In this document: piece by piece, positions 11,001 to 21,017 of the stretch
Layout: the number at the start of each line of letters is the position of its first letter
Position numbering within the stretch: the first letter of the stretch is position 1
Source: Eledone cirrhosa
Lineage: Eukaryota
DNA: 64,000 nucleotides
Direction: 5' to 3'
NCBI GenBank assembly: GCA_964016885.1
Contig: OZ024742.1
Span: 53,940,001-54,004,000 of the forward strand
Made by a program: the position numbers and the translations under genes
The notes under the pieces: generated by a model
The model's input: the letters and a program-made list of their open reading frames with translations, nothing else
Told to the model about the DNA's origin: nothing
Database searches by the model: none

Positions 11001-13713
11001 CTATTTCCCTACAAAATACTCTATCTAGATATGATCTGGATGACCCGATGTGGTTTGTCCAAGTCCATATTGGCACATTCGGGAAATCCAATCGGTACCT
11101 GTCAGACAGTTCAAAATGTCTGACAGGTTGGTGAGGCTCTTGCACCCTCCTCCCCTATCCGCTAATCCCACACAATCCCAGCGTGCATCTAAGATCCCGT
11201 TCCAGTCGCCCAATAACACTAGAGAGCGGGACGTTCCAAGAAAGATTTCCAGACGCCGGAAGAACTCAGGTCGTCCTGCTCCTGTTGGGGCATAGGCGGC
11301 CACTAGCCTGAAAGCTTGTCCTTCTCTGCTGGTCACGTCTAGTACCACCAACTTACCGTATCTCGAGATCCAGACTTCTCCGGAAGAACATGCCCCCCCC
11401 CCCAGATCTGGGAAGGCTTGGAGATGTGTACACCTCGTAGCCGCCGAAAATCGGTGCGAATGCCCGTGCCTCGGAGATTCTGGTCTCGCTGATGGCCACC
11501 ACGTCTATGTTTAGCGACCTGAGATCGTTCAGCAGGTGGCCCTGCTTCCAAGACGACCCCAGGCCACATACATTTATATACCTATTCTGAGAGAAGAATT
11601 GTTGGCTAGGATAGGAGAAACACAAGTGTGAGGGGAGAGGTTAAAAAAATTACCTGTGGCTCTTCTTTAGGACGGGGGTGGGTGATCCATCCCTCCGATC
11701 ATTGGTGGGCTTCTCCAGGAGAATATCCGTGAATATTCTTTTGATGATGTTCCCTCAGTAGTTTCCAATTGATGTGGGGAACATTTTTTTTAATGTTATG
11801 TAATTTTTTTCCGTAATTTCTATTATTTGTATGTGTGTGGGATTGTAATTTTGGTGGTTTGTACGTAGTTTGTTTCTGTGATGTTGGTGTGGTGTTGAAT
11901 GTAATTTAAAAGCTTTGTGTTGTCTGTGTCTTTGGCTGTGTATTGTGTCTGCTGTTTGGGTGTTGGTGCTTTCTGTGTTTGCTGTCGTGTTGTTGGAGGT
12001 GACGATGGGGTAGATGGTAAGTGTGGCGGTGGTGGTGGCGGTGGTGGTGGCGGTGGTGTTGGTGTTGGTGGCGGTGATGGTGTAGGTGGTTGTGGGGGTA
12101 TGGCTGTTGATGGCGGTGGAGGAGGTGGGGTAGTTTTCATTTTGGGGGGGAGAGGGGTTCTTTCTTCTTATTGGGGGTGGGGTATGGGGTGCATGAGGGT
12201 AGGGAGTTCTTCCTTTTTTTTGTTGGAATAGTTCTCCACCCTTCGGCCTCATCGCACTCATTCTCCGATTTAGCTATATCAGGAAGGGGTATGCTTTCCA
12301 TTGGCTCTGTGGGTGGTGGAAGAGATGGTGTTTTTGTTGTTGGGGGGTGGTGATTCTCTTCTGCCACTGTGTTCTTTGTTTGTTTGTCTGCTCCAGTTGC
12401 GGGGCACGGCGTGGGGAGAAGGGTCGGGCGCGTGCCTGATTTGGTAAGTTTGAGGCAGAATGCCTAAGGTGCGTCTTGTCACCGCATACATGACACCTTG
12501 GGCGCCTAACTTCGACAGTCACGGGTAGATGGCTGCCTCGTCCAGGTCTATTACGTCGGGGATGGCCTCAATGATCTCATGGTTTGCTTGGATGATTAGC
12601 TCCATCCCCGACCCTGTCCAATTTTCCTGTCTTATTCGCATGACGTTGAGTATGGTTGTTGAATCCTCAACGCCAGCGAGGACGACTGCCGTCAACCACA
12701 CCATCTCCACTGAGGGCGGAACCTGGCCTACTCAAACCCTCACGACTCTCTGGCCGCAGTATGTGGGCATCATTATGATTTCGTCACTACGGAGTTGCGC
12801 AATGGAGTGTGCTCTGGCTTCCTCTGGTGTAGCAAAGAGCACACCCACAGTGCCATATCTCGATCCCCGGGCTATATATGTTTTCTGTGCTCAGATGGTG
12901 CCCATAGCTCTTTGGACCTCTGACTCCGTTGCCCGTTCAACTCGCCGCAATTTTGATCCGATCGTGCGATAACTGACCGAACACAAAAGTTTGTTTCTTA
13001 TTATCTCAGCTGGGCGGGTGAGACTTACTCTGTGTCCGCTCTTTTTAACCAAGACCTTTGCTTGTTTTATCTCTTCGTTAGTGATGTGTATTTGTTCAAA
13101 ATTGTTTGTCGCTTTAGCGAAAGACGTGTTTGTTTTGATTTGTGTTGACACGTCACTAGTTTTGTCTATGTTGCCGTCGTCGGTGTTTTTGTTTGTTTCT
13201 TTTTCCTTCGTGTTGCTGCTGTTATAATTGTTGTTCTTTGGGTTCTTTATGGCTGTTGCTGTTGTTATTGTTGTTATTGGGGTGGTGGTGCTGGTGTTGT
13301 TGTTTGATTTCTGTAACGCAGGAAATGTTTCGTTATAATTTTCACTACTGCTACTACAGTTCCAGTGGCTGCTGCTGCTGTTGCCACTACCACTGTCACT
13401 GTCGCTGCTGCTGCTGTTTCTCTTGTTTTTTACTTTGCCTTGTGATTGGGTGGAAATGGCTGTTCCTCCCTGTGGGCAATTTTCTTTGTCCGCCATATTT
13501 TTTCAAACAAAATTTTGGAGTTATGATTGTAAATAAAAGCAAATTTAGCCCCCAAGGGCGCGAGATACAGTTAAAAAAAAACACCTCCTTTGATAGAGGT
13601 GTTCTTTAACTACACACCGATGTAAAAGAAATATTATTAGAACTTTCGATAACTCATAAAAGTTCAACCAACTTACTCCGCCGTAGTTACCGCCGTCTTG
13701 TAATATAACAACA
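8054..13713 (-). mobile_element. Tx1/L1-clade non-LTR retrotransposon copy 1 (near full length, decayed), flanked by (TAA)n on both sides
   Basis: ORF1 (13496 to ~11650) has a CHVC..H knuckle remnant. ORF2 fragments carry APE (NVCGL, SETR, LLGDWN, YLDRVF), RT (LDQSKAFDRVDH, RQGCP, YADD) and a C-terminal Zn finger. The 3' end is AATAAAGAAAGC followed by (ATT)n. Confidence 0.93.
8305..11600 (-). pseudogene. Tx1 ORF2 (APE-RT-zinc finger), frameshifted
   Basis: A series of minus-strand ORF fragments colinear with the 29142-32559 ORF2. Confidence 0.9.
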
Positions 13714-13735
13714 AATAATAATAATAATAATAATG

Positions 13736-13787
<52 letters not shown>

Positions 13788-13788
<1 letters not shown>

Positions 13789-15793
13789 CACAGTTCTGAT
13801 AATGAAAGACCGAATCAAGGGTAATGATGTTACCAACTATAGACCTATCACATGTCTGCCCGTAATGTGGAAACTGTTGACGAGCATTGTGTCTGAGGAA
13901 ATCTACCATCACCTCCACACAAACAACTTGTTACCGGACGAACAGAAAGGATGCCGAAAGAAGTCACGTGGTACAAAGGACCAGTTGCTTATTGATAAGA
14001 TGGTAATGGGGAATTGCAGGAGGAGACACACTGATCTTGCCATGGGATGGATAGACTACAGAAAGGCATTTGACATGGTGCCTCATTCCTGGATCACCAA
14101 AAGCCTGGAGATCTTCAGGGTGGCAGATAACATCAGACAGTTGCTAGGCAGGAGTATGGGGTCCTGGGAGACAGAGCTGACATCAACTGGAGTATCCTTG
14201 GGAAGCGTGAAGATCAAGAGAGGTATCTTCCAGGGAGATAGCCTGTCCCCTCTGTTGTTTGTCCTTGCCCTGATGCCCTTGACCATTATGCTGCGAAAAG
14301 TGAGAGCAGGATACAAGTTGGGAAGGGGAGAGCTTACCATCAATCACCTCCTCTTCATGGACGATCTTAAGCTCTTCGGGAAAAGTGAGAAGGAGTTGGA
14401 TGTGCTTGTTGACACTGTCCGTATTTTCAGCAGTGATATATGTATGCAGTTTGGTATTGGTAAATGTGGAGTCATTGTGATGAAGAGGGGTAGGTTGAGC
14501 AGAAGTAACGGGATCCAGATACCAACAGGTGAGATGATAAAGGAAATTGACTCTGAGGAAGGATACAAGTATTTGGGCGTTCTGGAGGCTGATGGCATAA
14601 AGAACAAAAAAATGAAGGAATTGTTAAGAACTGAATACATTCGGAGAGTAAGGAGCGTATTGAAGTCACATCTGAACAGCAGAAATGCCATAAGCGCAGT
14701 AAATTCCCGAGCTGTGTCTATTATTAGGTACAGTGCGGGAATTCTGAGATGGAATGTTGCTGAACAAAAAGAAATGGATAGGAAGACTAGGAAGCTATTG
14801 ACTATCTACAACATGTTCCACAAGAGGAGTGGTGTCGATAGACTCTACCTAAGGAGATCTGAGGGTGGAAGAGGTCTTATCAGCATAGAGGACTGTGTTC
14901 AGATGGAGAAAAACAACCTATACAAATACGTGACCTATAGTAAGGAGCCAATGCTCAGAACTGTACTGAAGGAGGGGACAGTAGGCCAGGGGATGTCCAA
15001 GGAGGAAATAACATCAAGGAGGAAGAGCAGCCTTAAGGGAAAATCCCTTCATAGTACCTTCTTTGAGAAAACTGAATTTAGAGATCCACAGACATGGAAC
15101 TGGTTGAGAAGAGGAGACCTCAAAAAGGCTACAGAAGGAATGCTAATGGCTGCGCAGGAGCAGGCCCTCAAAACGAAGTGGTTGAAGCACCATATCTACA
15201 AGGAGGAGGCTAGCCCACTGTGCAGGATCTGTGGAGAGAGAGAGGAGACTGTGGCTCACATTGTGTCCGAGTGTAAACACCTAGCCCAGACCCACTATAA
15301 GGGCTGGAGACACGATGTGATGGGCAGGGTGATCCACTGGCACCTGTGCAAAGTAAACAATCTACCACATTCTGAGAAATGGTATGAGCATAGGCCAGAG
15401 GCGGTGATGGAGAACAATCAGGTGAAGGTGCTGTGGGATTTTAGGATACAGACGGACAAAAAACTGGAACACAATAGACCTGACCTGGTGGTTGTGGACA
15501 AAGAAAAAAGATCGTGCCTGATTGTGGATGTGGCCTGCCCGTTCGACACGAGAGTGCAAGAGAAGGAGAGGGAGAAAATTAACCGATACCAGGACCTAAA
15601 GTGGGAGGTGAAAAGGATTTGGAACTGCCATGAAGACAAAGTGGTCCCGATTGTCATAGGCGCACTGGCGACTATCTCCAAAAGTTTCCAGGGATGGTTA
15701 AAGAAAATCGGCCCCTTCACACTTTTTGGAACGCTTCAAAAGGCATGCTTGCTTGGAACAGCAAGAACCCTCCGATACGTCCTGAATATCTGA
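13788..15793 (+). CDS. Reverse transcriptase, CCHC finger and PD-(D/E)XK restriction-like endonuclease (partial, uninterrupted)
   Basis: [85 protein letters not shown]. Confidence 0.92.
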
Positions 15794-15867
15794 GGCTGCA
15801 GGTAGTGGCTTGATATTCAATCCAACGGACTTTCCAGTTAACCAACATCAATGACTGAGATTCAAGG
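13788..15867 (+). mobile_element. R4/Dong-like RLE retrotransposon family A, 5'-truncated, between (TAA)n tracts
   Basis: Flanked by (TAA)n at 13714-13787 and 15868-15903. Contains an RT+RLE ORF. Confidence 0.92.
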
Positions 15868-15903
15868 AATAACAATAACAATAATAATAATAATAATAAT
15901 AAT

Positions 15904-16250
15904 CAGATGCTTTCTAATAGATGTATCTATCCCCATAGACGACAATATATCTTCGAAGGAAATAGAGAAACTCTCCAAATATAAAGATCTAGAGGTAGAG
16001 ATAACTCGAATGTGGAAAATGAAAACAGAAACAATACTTATAATAATAGGTGCTCTAGGAATGATAAAAAATTACAGTGACAAATACATAGCCAAAACCC
16101 CAGGATTTACAAATGTATACAGCATACAAAAGATAGCAGTGCTAGGCACTGCACACATATTACGAGAAATAGTATCAATACGATAGAAACAATATCAGCA
16201 ACATCTACACTGTTCATACCCAAGGCGCACAGAGCGGATGCCTATAACGA
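15904..16250 (+). mobile_element. R4/Dong-like family C 3' fragment
   Basis: CFLIDVSIPIDDNISSKEIEKLSKYKDLEVEITRMW...IIGALG...QKIAVLGTAHILR. Starts directly after (TAA)n. Confidence 0.8.
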
Positions 16251-16951
16251 AGTTCCCTACAAGATTTAAAATAAATCGGACACCATCGACAAACCAATAA
16301 TAAATATACTAAGAAAACGAAGGAGCAACATAGTGGACGAGAACTACCAAAAATAAATTTTATACACGGATTGTCCTTATAACGTAATTTTCTTTATTAA
16401 AATTGCGACCACGTGAGTACAATTCAACAAATTGAAAATGATCCGCAACATCACACAGAGAGTTTGAAATGACAACAAACAGTATATCGATTCACAAAAT
16501 TTACTGATTGTATTACAAATGCTTTTTTATAAACACAACGAAAAGTGTACACAACACAATCACACAGATGTAGAGATGTTTGTTCTATGAACTTAAGGAA
16601 AGAATTTTACGATAGCAAATGCGTACAAACAGTACAAACACAGAAGTACCAAAAGCGATACCCTACAAAAATGATAACAATCTAAATAATTAGCCAGACT
16701 CTAATCCTCAAGTATCACTAATACAATAAAAAAAACACAAATGGACAACTGAGGAATATGCTTCAATTATACACACGTACCTTACGGCAGCATTATACTC
16801 TAAAAACGGATACACAACAACACATATACAATCTGGCGGAAAGACAACCCACATTTTGAGTTAATACTTGACCCTAATAAACTAGCAAATTTAAGGAGAT
16901 ACATATTAAACACAAACAATATATATACATACATACATATATATATATATA

Positions 16952-17465
16952 TATCGCCGTATTTTGACTAAAGATATTAAAGAAATTATTTAGCCTGATA
17001 GTGGGGTTAAGAACCCTCGGAGAAATGGAAAAAGGTGAGTATTGACGTTCAAGGGAGTCGAACCAACATCTTTGGTTATCTGGACCACTGCGGTACCATT
17101 TACACCAACATATCAGCCATCTTTTTCCATTCAATTTAGAAGCTATAAACTTAGCGACTGTAATGTCAAGTAAGAATATTTTCGAAACAGCGAGTGGGTT
17201 TGAAATTATTAGAAATGTAAGCTATCGCCGTATTTTGACTAAAGCAATTAAAGAAATTATTTAGCATGATAGTGGGGTTAAGAACCCTCAGAGAAATGGG
17301 TTCGACTCCCATGTACGTCAATACTCATCTTTTTCCATTTCTCCGAGGGTTCTTAACCCCACTATCAGGCTAAATAATTTCTTTAATTTCTTTAGTCAAA
17401 ATACGGCGATAGCTTACATTTCTAATAATTTCAAACCCACTCGCTGTTTCGAAAATATTCTTACT

Positions 17466-17469
<4 letters not shown>
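16952..17469. mobile_element. tRNA-derived (A/B box) repeat with a 271 bp tandem unit and an inverted partial copy, in (TA)n
   Basis: Direct repeat at 16952/17223. Minus-strand A box tggtgtaaatgg (17096-17107) and B box ggttcgactcc (17054-17064). 17300-17469 is inverted relative to the upstream unit. Confidence 0.65.
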
Positions 17470-17499
<30 letters not shown>

Positions 17500-17712
17500 C
17501 GTTTCTGAATTTGTTTAGCAAGATTCTTTATCTGAAATCGTGTGTTGAAACCGATATTGTTATACTTTGGGAGGGTCATGTTGCCAATAAGAAACACACG
17601 CACCAGTTGCTTTCACTTCAATTTAATTTAATATATATTTATAAATTTACAAATTTATAAATTTCTGGTTGGTTGGTTGGTTCCACAACCAGATAGTTGT
17701 TTATATATATAT

Positions 17713-17757
17713 AGTCATAGTTCTTTCGTCACACACTCTGTGACCTCTTCAGTGACT
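17713..17757 (-). ncRNA. Minimal type I hammerhead ribozyme (left pLTR)
   Basis: Reverse complement of 19375-19419. Confidence 0.78.
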
Positions 17758-18053
17758 GGGGATTTCTTTCTTCGTTTCTGTGCCTTTCCTTTCTTCTATC
17801 CTACGCCATTTTGTTTGTGTGTGGGTTGCGTGCTCAGTTTGCGCATGCGCCACATCCGGGTGTCTGTGTGTGTTTGTGTTCATTTTTTTATTTTTCTATT
17901 TATATTTGTTTGTTTATTTATTTATTTATTGTTGGTTGGTTGTTTGTTCTATGTGTGTGTGTGTTTTCATTTTGTCTTGTGTGTGTTTTCATTTTGTGTG
18001 TGTTTTCAATTGTAAGTTGTTTATATATGTGTGTGTGTGTTTTCATTTTGTCC

Positions 18054-18566
18054 TTAATTGTAAGTTGTGATGTTGCTGTTCCACTCATATTTTCTATTTA
18101 ATTTTGGTTTTAATTCTTTTATGCTTACTGCCTCTGTAATTTGCCTAAACATTGCGTCTTTCTTGTGTGTGGATTCTATTTTTATTTCTATGCTCTCTAA
18201 TTTACCCCTGTGTTCTATCTTAGCATGTTGGTAGAGCACAGATGATTCTTTACTATCTTGGAGGTCTCGCCAGTGTTCATTTATTCGTTCCCCTATACTA
18301 CGAGCTGTCTCACCTATGTACACTATATTTTTGTTTCTACATTGTCCCTCAGTACATCTTATGCTATATACTACATTTCTAGTTTTACAGTTAATATGGG
18401 GGCTTATTTTACAGGTTATACATTTCTTATCTATACATGAGGGTCTTTGGAACGGGTATGTCTTGCTAATAAGTGTTTTTACGGAGGTACCAGGTCTTTC
18501 TACTATCTTAATATTGAGATTATGTTTCTTTAGGGCCCTTCTAAATTTGTAGGCTAGTTCACCTCT
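18054..18566 (-). CDS. PLE linker plus GIY-YIG endonuclease (partial, intact arm)
   Basis: IKIVERPG...CIDKKCITC...CKTRNVVYSIRCTEGQC..IVYIGETARSIGERINEH...H...H..RQITEAVSI...PKLNRKYEW. Confidence 0.85.
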   Translation of the reverse strand, partial: RGELAYKFRRALKKHNLNIKIVERPGTSVKTLISKTYPFQRPSCIDKKCITCKISPHINCKTRNVVYSIRCTEGQCRNKNIVYIGETARSIGERINEHWRDLQDSKESSVLYQHAKIEHRGKLESIEIKIESTHKKDAMFRQITEAVSIKELKPKLNRKYEWNSNITTYN

Positions 18567-19078
18567 AGAGGTGAACTAGCCTACAAATTTAGAAGGGCCC
18601 TAAAGAAACATAATCTCAATATTAAGATAGTAGAAAGACCTGGTACCTCCGTAAAAACACTTATTAGCAAGACATACCCGTTCCAAAGACCCTCATGTAT
18701 AGATAAGAAATGTATAACCTGTAAAATAAGCCCCCATATTAACTGTAAAACTAGAAATGTAGTATATAGCATAAGATGTATGAGGGACAATGTAGAAACA
18801 AAAATATAGTGTACATAGGTGAGACAGCTCGTAGTATAGGGGAACGAATAAATGAACACTGGCGAGACCTCCAAGATAGTAAAGAATCATCTGTGCTCTA
18901 CCAACATGCTAAGATAGAACACAGGGGTAAATTAGAGAGCATAGAAATAAAAATAGAATCCACACACAAGAAAGACGCAATGTTTAGGCAAATTACAGAG
19001 GCAGTAAGCATAAAAGAATTAAAACCAAAATTAAATAGAAAATATGAGTGGAACAGCAACATCACAACTTACAATTAA
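18567..19078 (+). pseudogene. Mirror copy of the PLE GIY-YIG fragment with a 1-nt deletion near 18780
   Basis: Reads gatgtatgagg where the left arm reads gatgtactgagg. Confidence 0.8.
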
Positions 19079-19374
19079 GGACAAAATGAAAACACACACA
19101 CACATATATAAACAACTTACAATTGAAAACACACACAAAATGAAAACACACACAAGACAAAATGAAAACACACACACACATAGAACAAACAACCAACCAA
19201 CAATAAATAAATAAATAAACAAACAAATATAAATAGAAAAATAAAAAAATGAACACAAACACACACAGACACCCGGATGTGGCGCATGCGCAAACTGAGC
19301 ACGCAACCCACACACAAACAAAATGGCGTAGGATAGAAGAAAGGAAAGGCACAGAAACGAAGAAAGAAATCCCC

Positions 19375-19419
19375 AGTCACTGAAGAGGTCACAGAGTGTG
19401 TGACGAAAGAACTATGACT
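19375..19419 (+). ncRNA. Minimal type I hammerhead ribozyme (right pLTR)
   Basis: agtca-CTGAAGA-g-gtcaca gagtg tgtgac-GAAA-gaac-TA-tgact. Confidence 0.78.
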
Positions 19420-19570
19420 ATATATATATAAACAACTATCTGGTTGTGGAACCAACCAACCAACCAGAAATTTATAAATTTGTAAATTTATAAATATATA
19501 TTAAATTAAATTGAAGTGAAAGCAACTGGTGCGTGTGTTTCTTATTGGCAACATGACCCTCCCAAAGTAT

Positions 19571-19665
<95 letters not shown>

Positions 19666-19841
19666 TATATAATTTATATTTATATATACACTATCTATAA
19701 TTATTAACAGGAAAGGTTAGTATTTTTTATTTTTACCACCTTAATACCAGTATGAAAAATACCTCAATATAAATAAATCACATGTCTTACAGAGCAGGAA
19801 TATAAATTACAGAATAATCAAAACTGTTCAAAACATTTTAT

Positions 19842-19886
19842 TGCTGACAACCGTTTCTTCCACATTCGTTTGGAATCATCGGAGCA
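19842..19886 (-). ncRNA. Hammerhead ribozyme with variant core CCGAUGA
   Basis: tgct-CCGATGA-ttcca aacgaatg tggaa-GAAA-cggttg-TC-agca. Confidence 0.65.
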
Positions 19887-20350
19887 TTTGCAAAGTTTAA
19901 ACATATAATTAACCTCCTATTCCACAGAACAATCGTAAAGATACGTAGATATTACTGTTGTTATCAATAGTGTCATACTGAAAGAGTGAAGATGATGTGG
20001 TTAGTATCAGTGGGTGTGACAAACATTATAAAATAATTATAAAACAATTATAGAAGAATTATAAAAGAAAGTTACTCGCAAAATGAGGACATTAGTGGTA
20101 CATAGGCACACATATAGAAGGAGTGTAGAGCAGAGGTATTAGGCATGTGCAGAATAATAAGGTAAACAAACAAGCATGGTATTAAGCATATATAACACAA
20201 TATTGCCAAATATATCACATAATATAGGTGTAATAGTATATTAAGCAGTCAGGAAAGCGTGGGTAGGAAAAGTAGTTCCTTGAGACCTTTAAAATATTAT
20301 ATAGAAAAAAAATTCTATATAAAATTAAATATAAAAATTAAATAGCATTT

Positions 20351-20538
20351 TGGTAGTTTGGCAGTATCGGTAGAGGGTCGGACAACATGCTTTGTAGCAC
20401 AGAGTTACACCCCTTTCTGATCTGAGTTCAAATCCTGCCGAGGTTAACTTTGCCTGTCATCCTTACGGGGTCGATAAAATAAAGTACCAGCAATGCACTG
20501 GTTAATTGCTGGCCTTGTGCCACAAGTAGAAACAATTA
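20351..20538 (+). mobile_element. tRNA-derived SINE (octopus-type)
   Basis: A box tggcagtatcgg, B box gagttcaaatcc, core tcatccttacggggtcgataaaataaagtaccag. Related copies at 39351, 51226, 57936 and 58650. Confidence 0.8.
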
Positions 20539-21017
20539 TATAAGGATTCACTTATAATATAATATATTGTATATTAACACAGAGAATTTAACTAATTGTA
20601 GTTATAAACAACTAACACCAGATTATATATTTTTCTGTTATACACAAATTAATCTTCAATTACCCCCTTTCCCATTAGCTCCCTTTAGTGAAGATCTCTA
20701 ATAACTTCCGGAAATTAAACCGTTAGACAGATCACTCCAGAACAACTCTAACCGTTAATAAGATTATAATAAGGACAATGTAGTTGTAGCTACTGATAAA
20801 CATTTCCTAAAATATAAGCAATGTAATGGAAAAGAAAACCTTGATATTAATACTCACAACACATATACATTTGAACATTACCAGAACAATTATCACATTG
20901 CATCCACCATAAACTCACATAGAAACTGCTTTTCCTACCCACGCATTCCTGACTGCTTAATATACTATTACACCTATATTATGTGTGATATCTTTGCCAT
21001 GATTATTATTATTATTA

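Larger units (their letters stand above)
17554..19578. mobile_element. Penelope-like element as a head-to-head palindrome with no spacer
   Basis: Centre acctct|agaggt at 18566/18567. Arms of ~1012 bp, with one 1-nt indel noticed. Each arm encodes a GIY-YIG C-terminus and has a pLTR with an HHR. The right end joins (TA)n. Confidence 0.92.
19807..20995. mobile_element. Decayed PLE remnant with inverted pLTR, interrupted by a SINE
   Basis: About 20210-20280 is the reverse complement of about 20921-20990. 20700-20860 resembles a decayed GIY-YIG tail. HHR at 19842-19886. Confidence 0.55.

Noticed and set aside
11823-12231. Poly-Pro and poly-Gly ORFs
   Set aside because: Alternative frames of the Thr-rich low-complexity region of Tx1 ORF1.
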